DNA of 64,000 nt from Leucoraja erinacea (taxonomy: Eukaryota), in contig NC_073412.1 of NCBI RefSeq assembly GCF_028641065.1, positions 310,001 to 374,000 on the forward strand. Reading direction: 5' to 3'. Positions within the stretch are counted from its first letter, which is position 1. Every line of letters begins with the position of its first letter. The notes under the pieces are model-generated. The model was not told the origin of the DNA. It made no database searches and worked only from the letters and a program-made list of their open reading frames with translations. This document shows positions 1-13,042 of the stretch, piece by piece. The position numbers and the translations under genes were made by a program.

Positions 1-539
1 AGCTACACAGTACAGAAACAGGCCCTGCTGAATGTAACCATGCTGACCAAGTTGCCTAACCGAACAAGTCCCACTTGCCTGTGCCTAGCCTATACCCCTC
101 CATTTCTTTCATCGCCACACATTTATCCAAGTGTGTTAAATATCAGAATTGTAGCCACCTCTACTACTTCCAATTGTGGCTTGTTCCTTGTACCCACACT
201 GTGAAAAAATGACCCCTTGGTTCCCTTTTAAATCTTCTCCTCTCACCTTAAGCCTCTATTTTTAAACTCCCCTACTTTGGGGAAATAGCTATTCACCTAA
301 TCTATGGCCACTTTTGTGAAACAGCTACCTATAGTCCCCTCTGCTTCCTGTGCCCCGTATTGGAGGGTTATCTCCGTTGGAACAGTGAAGGCTGTGGAAA
401 GACTTAATCAAGGTGTGCAAATTGTGGTCGTGGGTGGAGTAAATAGGAAGGGCCTATTTCCTTTGGCAGTGGGATCAAAATAAGCAAGGTTTGTGATGTA
501 CATTGTTTCTCATTGATTTAACTTCTATTTGCTTACCAG

Positions 540-3500
540 GAACAGGAATTGTTTTTCTTCCATGAGCTCAGCCCGGGGAGCTGTTTCTTCCTCCCAAGAG
601 GTGCTTTCATTTACAACACACTGATGTCATTCATACAGGTAGGAGAGCCATTCGCTGATTTATTCATCAAAATACTAGAGTGGTGGACATGAACAATGAG
701 ACACCTCATAATCTCTCAGTGATTGCTGTCTTGCTTCTGGATCAAGGTGGTCCCAGGTTCCACTATTTAGTTGCTAAGGTCACATCCCATTGACTGAGGG
801 GAGGAGAGAAGTTGGGTGGATTACTGTTTCCATGTGTTCTCAACAGGTTTCTGTGGGAACAAGAAGGGGCTGTGATAGTGGAGTAGACTGCAGACTCTCA
901 TTTCCTGGGCCCAAGTAAGAACCAGCAATCTGCTTGGTTTTGCAACATCTGCTGGGGGTTTGGTGGAAAATGATGACCAATTCCTCTCAAGTATTGGTGC
1001 TGCGCTGGTGCGAGCTAGTATTTATGAGATGTGCCTCGACGATACTGTCACTGGCTTCAAAGGCTGTGGATTCAAGTTCCACTCCAGAAATCTGAGCACA
1101 AAGTCATGGCTGATAGTTCATTGCACCACCTAGCAAGTATGGTTTGATCATATGTATGTCCTTCAGATGTTACGCTGAATATTTGGTGGCATAAGGACTC
1201 GTGGTATTGTTTGAAGGACAAATTGAGGAGTTGCCCTTGAGGTTGCACCAATGTTCCTAGACCACTGCCACCAACAAGACCAGCTGGTCATTCAGTATCA
1301 CTGCGTTTGGGTGCGCGCTTTTTGTAAACTGCCAGCCCCATTCCTTGTTTAAGCAGCAAATGTTACTATTAAGAAATAAAAGCAAAAACAATATGGAAAC
1401 ATTCAGCAGGGCCAGCAGGTCAGGTCGTTTCTGAAAAAAGATAAACGCAGTAAGCACCTCAGGTCATACACCCCTCGTATGAAAAAGAATCTTCGACTTG
1501 AAATGTTAGCTCTGCTTCCCTTTCTGCAGATGCTGCTTGGCCTGTTGAATGTCAGCATTTTCTGTTCTATCACCATTCTTCAGAAAGAGCTTCATCGGTT
1601 GTGAAGTACCTGGTGAAATCCTTTGTTTCTTGGAAGACAAGAGATGCAAGTCAGGTTTGACTGTTTGTCTGTCCTGTTGCAGTCGGAGAACAGAAAGCGT
1701 GGGTTCAATGAAGTGGTCTCTCCAAATATCTACAGCAGACGTCTGTGGGAGATGTCCGGCCATTGGCAGCACTGCAGCCACAACATGTTCAGCTTTGATG
1801 TGGAGAAGGAGATGTTTGCGCTGAAGCCCATGAACTGTCCTGGCCACTGGTACATATGAACCACAAAAACAGTTATTGAAAAATTGATTATTTTAAATGT
1901 CTAGGCTGATATTCAGGTGATTTATCGGGGTCAACTGGAGTGAGGATCTATTCTGTTGTGTGGGTGAGCTGGTGTTTGTTACCAATCTGCTTCACAGATA
2001 AACACAGCTCGGACCTTCATTCACCTGCAGGAATCCAGGGCCCTCCCTCAAAGCCCGGTGGATCTTTGCAACAATGCAGCAATGTGCAGGAAGCCCTAGA
2101 GTTGCTGAAAATGTAACCGCCCAATGAATCAAATGCAAAGTGTTGAGAATGGCAAATATGGTCAAAATGTGGAATAACGTTCAAATGGCAAAAATAGTTA
2201 TTATTTATCTAAATGCTGAAGCATTTGTAACAAGGCAGTGAGTTAATGGCACGTTGAAGTGAATGGGTGTGATGTAATTATCCTCATAGAATCATGACTG
2301 CATGATGAGCAAGACTGGGATTCATACTCTCGATGCCCAAGTGATTTTGCACGTTTGAACAAGGTCTTCTCCCATTCTCATAAACTGTGGAGAATGCGGA
2401 CCTAGTCTGTTCATTTAACAAACATGCCATGGCAGGAACCAGTTTGGTGAATGTTTGCTGTAGTCACTCAGTGATAAGGCAAGGAAACCAAACCTGTATA
2501 TAATTTACATGTGCAGTCTCATCAGAGCTCTTCCAATTAACATCTCTCCTCCTGTGCTTGAATCTTCTCATAAACAAAGGCTAACATTCCATTTACCTTC
2601 CTAGTTGTTTGCTGCACATGTGTGCCTGCTCTCGGTGAAGTGTGCTGATGCAAAGGTCCCAGTCCCGTTTGGGGAACCAACCTTGGCTGTAGCGGTGACA
2701 TTGCAGTTACTGTCGGCTTGGCGAAGAAACTCTGCCAAAGTCTCATCACTGTCCAGCAACATCCTTTGTCAGAGTTGTTCACTGTTATGGGATAGTTGCA
2801 TTCACCTGGTCCCTTTGCTCAGGTGTGGGTCATGGTTGTGTGAAGGTGGAGGCAGAGGTTGGCTTAGGAGATCTATTTTTTTAGTTTGTGTATTTCTTCG
2901 GGTGAGGTTAGAAATGCTGACAAAGCCATTCACGATTGACCCTGAATTGAGTTGTTTGTGAAGTCCTTTCCACGGGCTATTGGCAGTGATCCGTATTGTG
3001 TCATGTCTGGACTCTCAGATTGGATAACAATGACATATTTCCTTTCAATGAGAACTTGAGCAAAGCAGATAGGGGTTTCCCACAATTAGGAGGGTCTTAG
3101 CTTTTTAATTTTAGATTTCTGTGGCATTAATTTATCTCATTCTGTTGCATGTTTAGTAAAGAATGTTGAAATAATCGTCTGCTGTAACTCTTTCAGTTTG
3201 ATGTTTAGCCATCGCCCACGTTCCTGGCGAGAGTTGCCTCTTCGGTTCGCTGACTTTGGCGTTCTTCACCGCAGAGAGCCTTCAGAGTTGTTAAACGGGC
3301 TGACCAGAGTGAGGCGATTTGAACAGGATGATGGCCATATCTTTTGCATGATGGAGCAGGTGGGTGATGAGGTGCTTCCTGGTCTCCCTGCTTAGCCTCT
3401 TCTCCATGGTAGCACCTTAAACATGAACAGAAATTGGACCAGTTATTTGCATTGGTTGTGATTTATATATTGAAGGTGTGACTCTACCTAGGTTACAGTC

Positions 3501-6500
3501 CCTGAAGGTGCTGACTCTGGGACACTGACATTGAACAGAGTTGATGTGCTCACTGTTGCTTTGGGACAGCTTCAGGGAAGCTGACGCTTGCAAAGCTATG
3601 GGCCTTTATTCTATGGAATCATGAGTAAGAGACATGTTTAATTGGTGGGTGTTGATACTCATATGTCTTGAAAGATTTGCTCTTCTTCCAGATTGAGGAG
3701 GAGATCATGGGCTGCCTCGACTTCTTGCGCTCGGTATATGGAGTCTTTGGTTTCACTTTCCAGCTGAAACTCTCCACGCGGCCAGAGATGTTTTTAGGAG
3801 ACCCGAACACATGGAATCAAGCAGAAGAGGCAAGTAATAACTGGGCTAAGAGGCTACAGTGTTCAGGCTGATGTTCTTGGATGTTCCAGGAGACTTGCTG
3901 GAAAACAAGTGGTTCATAATCCATAATTTCAGGCATCCAATATTTGAAATTCTCCATTTAGGAGCTGTCAAATCTCATGATGTAAAGGAAAGTTCCAGAA
4001 AGAAAGAGCTTTCTTTAGTGGCTGACTACGCTGTGTCACCTGAGAGCGTTGATCACAGACAGGTTGCTGGAAAGGGTAGACATTGGTTTCCAGTGAATGG
4101 CATCTGGACCTGAATAAGCATGAGGGTTATTAATTCCAGTTTAAAGTTGTATAAACGAAGCAATCATCATCAGTTGGAGCTGAGCCTTGGTTTCTTTGCT
4201 GTTTTAGCATTTGAAGTGCAGTTTGGATGCGTTTGGTGAGGCCTGGAGACTGAGTGCAGGAGATGGAGCTTTCTACGGACCGAAGGTTAGTGATGGAAGC
4301 ACTTGGGGTTTGAGAGACTGCTGTCAATCTTAATCTCCCAGACACTTTTATCTTCTCTAATTGACTGCAGATTGATGTTGACGTGAAGGATGCCCTGGGC
4401 ATATACCATCAGTGCGCCACCATCCAGTTGGACTTCCAGCTTCCTATTCGGTTTAATTTGACCTACGTTAGGTGAGAGTGGTTTCAGGATGCTAGGCTTG
4501 TGTTACATAGTTAGCTTGGTTGTGCTATGACATCAGGGTACTGACGGCTCCCACTCACCACTAACACTAGAGATGGAATGGGAGGGTTGGTGTTGTGTGC
4601 GTATGTTGCTGATTCATCTTTCTGTTTGTAGCAAGGATGGAGCGGATGAGAACCGCCCAGTTATCATCCATCGTGCTGTGCTAGGATCGCTGGAACGCAT
4701 GGTGGCTATCCTTGCTGAGGACTATGCTGGGAAATGGTAATGCTTCAAAGCCAAATAGCACAGGGCAAGTGAGTTTCCCCACTGAGTCTCGGGTCACCCT
4801 GGCACTGCGTTATTGGCTCTGTGGGGAATCCTGTCCAAGGTTATGTGCTTTATCAGTCCTGGAGAAGTTTCACAGTTGGATTGGGCTCTGTTACCTGTAT
4901 CAGGATGGGCAAATCAGATGTGAGCACAGCAGGGTGTTGAATGAAAGAAGACAGTCGCTAAAAAGCGTTGATAAAGAACTTATCAATGGCAGAACAGATA
5001 TCACAGGCTTTGTTAACTTGCTACAGCTGGGCCGTCGAGATTAAACCAAAAATTTATCCTCACACCGTCTGTCTCACATGCTTTCCCCGGGCGATATGTC
5101 TGTGATTATCCCACTGCCCCTAGATTGACCTTTGTCTTAATTGTTTTTCCATGTTCCGCCCCCCCCCTCCTGACTAAATTAGGGCTGGTTTGTTGTTGCC
5201 TCTACATGAGTGACCGCTTTTTTAATGGTCCCCTACCCTGGGAAAAGACTCACCTTATCTATGCCCCTCATGATTTTATTAACCTCTGAAACATCACGCT
5301 CAGCCTATCCGACTATTCCAACTATTAAATCTTCCAGACCATAACATCCTCATATCTCTTTTATATATTTTCCACTTGAATGACATCTTTCCTGTGGCAG
5401 GGCATGTAAAACTGTACATAGTACTCCAAATGTTGCTTACCAACGTCTTATGTAGCTGTAACTTGACGTCCCAACTTCTGTACTTCATACTCTCACCATA
5501 GAAGACAAAGATGCCGAATGCCTTCTTCACCACCCTGACTACCTTTGTTGCTACTTTCACTTTACCATGTACCTACATCCCTAGGCCTCTGCGTAGGAAG
5601 GAACTGCAGATGCTGGTTACACTGAAGATAGTCACAAAATGCTGGAGTAACGCAGCGGGACAGGTAACATCACTGGATAGAAGGAATGAGTGACATTTTG
5701 GGTCGAGACCTACAGAATGAAGGGTCTCAGATCTCAGTATGGAGAAAGGTCTGAACCTGAAACGTCATCCATTCTATCCAGAGATGTTGCCTGTCCCGTT
5801 GAGTTACTCCAGCATTTTGTGTCTGTCCCCAGGCTTCTGTGTTCTACAACACTCCCAGGTCCCTACCATTTATTGTGTAGATCATGTGTGGTTTCAACAC
5901 CTTGCATTTATCTGAATTAAACTCGATCTTCTCACAGTTGATAAAGATCCCATCGTAATCTTAAATAACCACCTTCACTGTCCACTATACCACAAATTAT
6001 CATGTCAATCTTCGTGGTTACCTCTTTAAAAAAAAAAAAAAAAAATCCCAATCAAATCATGAGACATGATTTCCCATGCACAAAGATAGGGGGAGTTCAG
6101 GGCTAGCATGTTCAGGTAGAGTGAAAGGCAAGGATGGCTGGAATAGGGAACCCATGGAAGACAAGAGATATTGAGGTTATGGTCAAGAAAAAGTAAGGAG
6201 GCATACATCAGCTTTAGGTGTCTGAAGACTGGTGTGTGTGAGTGCAAGGAAAAGCCTGAGCACTACAGATCGGTGAGCCTAACATCAGTGGTGGGTAAGG
6301 TGTTGGAAGAGTTTCTGAACAGCAGGATAGTGGCACACCTCTACTTATCTCATATTTGAAAGCCTTTCACTTGCCTGTAAACAACCTCCCCCAATTACCT
6401 ACTGAAATTTCCTTTTCTAATACCATTAAAATCGTGTTTATCCACGTTTAGAACTGGTTGGACCAGTCCTATCTTTTTCTGTAACTGTTTTAAAATAGAA

Positions 6501-7537
6501 TGGAAAAACTGTTAATTACTGAATGATTTGCTTTATATTTTTAAACAATTTCTACTTGTTTAAATCTAGGCCTTTCTGGCTGTCGCCGCAGCAGGTCCTG
6601 GTGGTCGCTGGACCAGGCTGTGAGGAGTACGGTAGGAGGGTGAGTACAAGCTGTAACTTCCTTGGGTGATGTGTGCCACCTGTGCCAACAGATACTGACT
6701 CTCGTTTCTTGTAGGTTTGTCAGGAACTGACTGGGGCTGGTTTCATGGCAGATGTGGACCTGGACACTGGCTCAGTGCCTTATAAGAAGAAGAATTCTCA
6801 GCTCGCTCAGTACAACTTTATCCTCGGTAGGCAAAACCACTCTGCTCTGAGATCTCGTTTTGATAGCCTGCCCTCCCCACGGCCCTATTGCCCTTATTCA
6901 GGCAGGTGCAGCTATTGGGGCAGACCTGGGTACTGCCTCAAGAAGATGTGGAATGATCACTCCTCGTTTTCCCAGCTAAGACTGACATCATGATGCATTT
7001 TTTCTGGTTTGACCAGACAGTTGAATTTCTACCTTGATTGTGATAAATGAATGTTAATCAATTTGGTGCTACCATGGAACTTTCAGGTGTATAGTGTGGG
7101 CTTCCCTACTTTGGAGATGTGCTTGCAGGGTGGTGAGGTGGAAGGCAAGTGCCCTCAGTCTAGAGATAGCAGAGCAGAGGGACAGAGGCATCGTGCCAGC
7201 CACATGGACCCACACAGAAGATGGTGTGTGGGCATTGATGACCCTGTGTGTCTTTTATGTTTACACTGCGCAAGTTTGCTGAAGTTTTTGTTCCATGTTG
7301 GTGAGTTGTACTAAAGATGGGTCAATTTTTATGGCAATTCTTTTGCTTGCAGCGGTCGGAGAGAAGGAGAAGGTGAATCACACAGTGAATGTCCGTATGA
7401 GAGATAACAAAGAGCATGTCGAGCAGTCGCTGGCAACAACGCTGGAGCAGTTGAGGTGGCTGCAGCAGCAACGAGCTCCGAGGGCCCAGGAGGATTTCCA
7501 GCTTTCAGTCTGTGGTCAGGCGGATCCAAAACCGTGA
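540..7537 (+). CDS. TARS3: Threonyl-tRNA synthetase, TARS3/TARSL2-like, 3' portion (10 exons; 5' exons lie upstream of the window)
   Basis: Exons read from splice sites with consistent phases: 540-638 ([26 protein letters not shown]), 1683-1849 (KPMNCPGH), 3197-3359 (motif 2 FGVLHRRE...[14 protein letters not shown]), 3692-3829 (GC donor), 4208-4285 (GDGAFYGPK), 4371-4471 ([12 protein letters not shown]), 4632-4736 ([11 protein letters not shown]), 6570-6639, 6715-6826, 7353-7537 (VGEKE...TGA). ThrRS identity is clear; the TARS3 paralogue call rests on adjacency to TM2D3 and the RGAFIYNTL segment. Confidence 0.88.
5220..5920 (-). mobile_element. CR1-type LINE fragment interrupted by a Penelope-derived inverted-repeat element (about 5592-5825)
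   Basis: Minus-strand translation VVKKAFG...[15 protein letters not shown] resembles the CR1 RT C-terminus. The insert has mutually inverted arms (cacaaaatgctggagtaac...gttactccagcattttgtg). Confidence 0.7.
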
Positions 7538-7581
7538 TGTACTGAGAATTATAGCACCATGGAAGCATTCAGAATCATTAA

Positions 7582-7683
7582 AATAAATTACTCATTAATT
7601 GGAATTGCAACCTTGATGTTCTGGGCTGGAATGTAATCGAGGAATTGATGTGAAATTCAATGAGGAAGTAACACTACAATAAA
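7582..7683 (+). terminator. Polyadenylation signals of the TARS3-like gene
   Basis: AATAAA at 7582-7587 and 7678-7683 downstream of the stop at 7537, followed by T-rich sequence. Confidence 0.55.
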
Positions 7684-7809
7684 AATAAACCAAAATTAGA
7701 TTGTTGATTTATTCAAAATATTGTTGATTCTGTGCATTTTTCTGGCAGTTGACTATTCGTGCGAATTTGTTCTGCTAATATTCAGTAGAATTACAGCAGC
7801 AATTCAGTG

Positions 7810-8370
7810 CAAGGACAGGTCCTTCAACACACCATGTCCGTGTCTACCATGATGCCAATCTAACTAATTGCATATGCTTGGACATGGCCCATATTCTTAT
7901 TCCTTGTCTGTTTATATGCCTGTCTAAATGCCTCTTAGACATATATGCTTCTACCACCCCCATAGACAGTGCGTTTCAGGTTACAATACAATACGGTTTT
8001 ATTCGTCACATTGCACATAAAGTGCAAGTGAAATGAATTCTTACTACTCTCTGTTTAAAAAGAAACTGACCTTGCAAATCTCCTTTAAACTTTCCCCACC
8101 ACATCTTCAATCTATGTCCTTAAGTATTTGACAGTTCTGCCCTGGGGAAAAGTCTTTGTGTACCCTGTCTATGCATTTCATAATTGTATATGCTTTTGTC
8201 CGGTCTCTCATCAATTACTGACACTCCTTATAAAAGTCCAAACTCTTTATAACTTTCCTTCCAATCCATGCAACATCCTGTTGAACATCTTCTCCACCCT
8301 TTAAAAATGTTATACTTTGTTCCTTTCAGTCCAGAAGTGCACATAATACTCCAAATATGGCCTAACCACG
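7810..8370 (-). mobile_element. Degenerate CR1 3' fragment with a nested Rex1-like 3' tail (about 7982-8040)
   Basis: Similar to the other CR1 3' copies in the window (tgtctaaatgcctctta, ttttaaactttcccc, atactccaaatatggcctaacc). The insert carries a (caata)n tail plus tttattcgtcaca. Confidence 0.55.
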
Positions 8371-8430
8371 GCAGCGTGTGTGATGGGGAACGGGCATCTG
8401 TAGGTCTCAGTGGGCAGTGTGTGGAGGGGA

Positions 8431-8622
8431 TAGACACAAAATGCTGGAGTAATTCAGCAGGACAGGCAGCATCTCTGGAGAAAAGGAATAGGTGATGTTT
8501 CGGGTTGAGCCCCTTCTTCAGTCTCTGCCTGAAACATCACCCATTCATCTCCAGAGTTGCCGCCTGTCCCAATTTGGGTCTATCTTTGGCTTAAACCAGC
8601 ATCTGCAGTTCCTTCCTACACA
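8431..8622. mobile_element. Penelope-derived inverted-repeat element
   Basis: Arms match the family seen at 41538-41853 and 62070-62278 (agacacaaaatgctggag...cccttcttcag / gaaacatcacccattc...ccagcatctgcagttccttcctacac). Confidence 0.65.
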
Positions 8623-8769
8623 GTGTGTGGAGGTGTGGGCAGGTTGGGCCGAAGGGCCTTATTCCACACTATGTGTGCCTCTATATATCTCTCTCTCTGT
8701 TGTGTGATGAACCACTTGTGCTTGTGCTTTCGCTCAGCATTGCAGCATCTGCAGCCTTGATTTCCACTC

Positions 8770-8865
8770 GCCGCTGATTGGTGGCTTTCCGCGCGGGCTG
8801 TGATTGGCCCACTCTCTCTGCGGTGTGATTGGCCGGTGTGGGTTGCCCCTCATTGGGCGGGGCAG
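8770..8865 (+). promoter_or_regulatory. TM2D3 CpG-island promoter with four reverse CCAAT boxes and a GC box
   Basis: ATTGG at 8777, 8803, 8828 and 8852; GGGCGGGGC at 8855-8863; CpG-rich through about 9400. Confidence 0.7.
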
Positions 8866-8870
8866 ATGCA

Positions 8871-11800
8871 ATGGCGGCGAGGAAGCTTCTGGAGCGCCTG
8901 CTGCTGCTGGTGATGGCGGCGGCGGCGGCACTGGGAGCGGGCAGCGGTGAGTGCGGGGCCGGGCCGGGCCGGGGCTGCTCCTGCTCCTGCTCCTGATGGG
9001 AGCGGGAGGTGAGTGCGCGCCGGGGATCCGGGCCCTGCCCGCTGTGGAGAACCTGGGCCCGGTCGGGGCGATGCGTTGGGCCTAACCCCTTTGCTTCTTG
9101 TCCACAGAGTCTCCGAGCACCGGCGCCCCCGATGGCCTGCTCCAGTCCCGGGGCACCAGCATGCCCGCCGCCGGCGGCCTGGACAGCACCCGCGCCCAGC
9201 CCGAAGTCGGTAAGTAAGCGCGGTGTGTGTGGAGCTCCACGTTCGCCGTGCCGCCGGTCTCCCTGCAATCACCATCTCTCTCTCTCCCTCCCCAGCGCCA
9301 ACCACGATGCCACCCTACCTGGCGAGATGCCCGAGCGCCGGGCCGTGCAACAGGCTGCCGCCCGACTGTGTCGACTGCTCGCTGCATTCTAATTGTGTCT
9401 ACGGAAAGGAGGTTTCGTTCAACTGCTCAGTCAAGCCAGGCGTACAATGCACGGTAAACAACCGATGTAACAATAGAGGAATCTGGTAGATAGATAAAGG
9501 AACGGGCCCTTCTGCCCACTATGGCTGTGTCAACCCCACTTGCCAGCAGATTGTGTGCATGTCCAACCAGACTTGGGGGCTTTCATGGCCTGCTGTTTAT
9601 GTTCTTGTCTAGGTCAAGTAGTGCCAGAATTAACCTAAAATGTTGACTTATTCCATACACAATAACTTATGTTTTGTGGCATTTTGTTTTTTTAATTATA
9701 TTCAGGAACACAAAATTCTTAACAGCGAACTCGATCTGTTCATCTTCTCGAGGTTCCCATGTGCAAATGGTTATTGGTTTTGTATTTTTCCGCTCTATTC
9801 TGCGTTTGTGTTTGCCTGTATGGGAAGCCAGCCTCCAGGTGTCTTGCCAGTATTCTTTCCTCAGCTACAAGTCAGTGCTACATGACTGCAGCTGTTGAAT
9901 CTTTCATTATTTTGGGAGATAGTGACAGTCTGTCAGGTCCCTTTGAGGATCTGTCAGAACCGAACTAGTTCTATCTGGTCGAGTGACTAATATTGTGGCT
10001 GGGTAACCCGCTGGTGTCCCAATGGCTTTCCACCATCTACAAGTCAGGATGTGATTACTTGCCAAGGCTATCTTGGCAGCAGCCTTCAAATCTGCAAGAA
10101 GAATAAGGGCAGCAAATGCACAGGATTGCGACTACCCACAAGTATCCTTCAGTTGCGCACCATCCTGCCAACTCCACTGCTATTACTGTGTCTAAATCCT
10201 TGAACCCCCACCCCCACTGCAGCTGTTCAAGTTAGTCTTAAAGGTAATTAATGTTGGACAGTAAATACAGACTTTGCCAGAAAAATGCCCAGATCTGAAA
10301 ACATAAATTTAAAAAAAAATGGTTCTCAGCCTTTAGCTTCTAATGTAGCACACTCATCCTTGGTAGAACATGGTTCAGGCATCTGGCAATGCTGCCACTC
10401 TGCACCCACCCCCAGCTTTGTAGTTGAGACACTTGAATATTGAAACCATTCACAACATTGGAGGGAAAAAAGATAAGGATTGCAATGGTTTATCAGAGGT
10501 GATAACTGGAGCCCTACGAGGAGCATGGGAGAAAAACATAGCTAACGTGTAGATTAGCTGACTTTGCATGTAAAGTAATGGATTCTGACACATCAGTGAC
10601 TTTGTTATCAATTATTTATTATTGTTCACGTGTTTTTATTCTGTTTGCTACTCAGGATGAGAATAAGATAGATCAAAAAACATTTTGGATATCAATGGTC
10701 TGTCAGTTCTGTTGGCAGTTACCCCCCACTCTGTACCAGTGCAAGGAAAGTACGAAATGCAAGACGGTGCGTTGCCCACGTGAATACTTTATCTCCAACT
10801 GCACAACTCTGGAACATGTGCATTGTCTTGGTAGGTAGTCTTCGAAGGGGCAAACATTGGTGCTGTGTGATTTGTGCAAGTGCAATTACTTTATTCAAAA
10901 TATGGATAGTTCTGCTATAATTCAATAGTTGCTTTTCTAAGAAACTGTTCATTATAGAAAATCCCTAACCCTGACCGAATATGTGGTATTCGCAAAGTCA
11001 TTAATGATTTATCCTGTTAGCTATATGGCAATACGTGAACCAATGTTTAATGGATTTGGTGAAGTCCAAGTAGTTTAATCATTTAAATGTAATGGACCGG
11101 TGTAAGAAATAACAATGTTGATTCTTATTTGGTAAGCTATAATACAAAGGATTAATATGATGCTGTAATAACAAATCAAAAGTCGGGTTAAGTTGAATAG
11201 TTCTAAGTAGTGCATCCAGGAAGAGTACATTGGGCTTTGAGGGAAGGCAGTGTTGATGTACTAGAGCTGATAACTGAATTCAAGCCTGGAGTTTCTTCCC
11301 AGAGGCCATTAGGAGTCAGAAGGCGTTTCTTCCCAGAGGCCATTAGGACTGTAAACTCCTATCTCACCAGGGACTAACTTTACTGTACCACTCTACTGCT
11401 TTTTTTAGTATGCTAGTTAATAGTTAATGCTGTTTTTTTCCCTTTTTCCTTCTGCCCACAATATTTAATATGTAAAAGAATATGTGATTCTGTTCCATTC
11501 TGTTTGTAGTTTGTTTGTTTGTCTTTTTGCACAAAGCCCGTGAGCATTGCCACTTTTCATTTCACTGCACATCTTGTATGTGTATGTGACGAATAAACTT
11601 GACTTGATTGCCAGGGTCATGTTCCCTGGCATATGAAGGTTTAATGACGGGATCAAAGTTACAAGTGAGGGAATACTGCTGGGATAAACAGAATCAACTA
11701 TTTTGATTTTGGAAAGGCTTAAAAATAGGGGATGCAGGTGAAGAATTGAGACCACAATGGTTTTCAGCAATAACTGTAAACACTGTTGTGAACTTGTGCA

Positions 11801-13011
11801 CCTTTTTCTACAAACTGCGATTTATTGTGTCATTTGTTAAAACCTGATTGATTGCACAGGTCGTTGAGATGTGCCAACCCTTTTGCGTGGCTTTGTGCTC
11901 TGACAATTTGGTAAATATTGTCAATCAAAGCTGGGCTGCACTTGGCTGAGTGCTGCTGTGTTGTCATGCAGTATTCTTCGGACCTCCTGGCGTCTGTACC
12001 AGGTCTACGTCCATAACTTATTCGTTAGGTTGGCACCAAGACTACTTTCACTGTAGTGATTTCTTGACCACTCTAACACAGACAAATACACACATAGAAC
12101 ACATCAAATGTAAATGTCTTGATGTCTGAGATTTTGTTTTCTTTGTTAGGTAATCGCACATTTCAGAAGAAGATGTATTGCAATTGGACAGGGGGTTACA
12201 AATGGTCAACTGCTTTGGCTCTGAGGTGAGGAAATATTTTGATTCTTGAGTGAGGATGTTTTGTTTTTAAACCTTTCTGTATGCTAGTTAATAGCCCCCT
12301 GGGAAGTAAGGTCGTTAAGAAGGATTTTCTTGCATGAAATGCATCCCTCAAGGCATTTATTCTTATAAATATATAATTCCTCTGCCTCCACTCAGTCCCC
12401 ACCGATCATCACCCCTTACCTTGGTAGTTATGGCCACAATGACTGGTGTTGAATGTAGAAAACTTTCTAATTGGCCCTTTGATTGTTATTTCTGGAGCAC
12501 TGATTGCATGTAATGTCAGTGCTAAAGCCAGCATTTATTGCATTACATTAATTGCTGCATGAATTTAATTACTTGCCAGACTATTTCAGAGGACAAAGAT
12601 GCACGCTGGAAAACAATGGTCAGTTAGAGATAATGTCTTGAGTCAATTACTTTAGACCAGAATTGTAGCCTCATTGGCTTGGAGTGCATGGATTAGGTGA
12701 GGGTGGTAGCTTTGGTTCCCTGATAAACATTGCCATGGCATTTTGCCTAAATCTGACAATTCTATAATCACAAATGGCAGCATTTGATTTCAGTGATGTA
12801 TCTGATTGTAATACTCTTAATATGTGAGCAGCAAGGGTTTGGAGTATTTAAATCTTTTGGAGTGTGGTGCAGTACTTACAAAAGGTTTCAGCTGAGCAAA
12901 TGAGGGACAGTGATAATATCAATTCAAAATTATTTGGATACAGTTCTATGGTCAGCAGCTCTATTTAAATCTAATCAAAGGCCTAATTAGTTTCAATTGA
13001 CCTGATTTTTT

Positions 13012-13042
<31 letters not shown>

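Noticed and set aside
8681-9392. Multiple overlapping ORFs at the TM2D3, LARP6, LRRC49 and ADPGK 5' ends
   Set aside because: Expected in GC-rich CpG islands with few stop codons; low-complexity translations with no recognisable domain.
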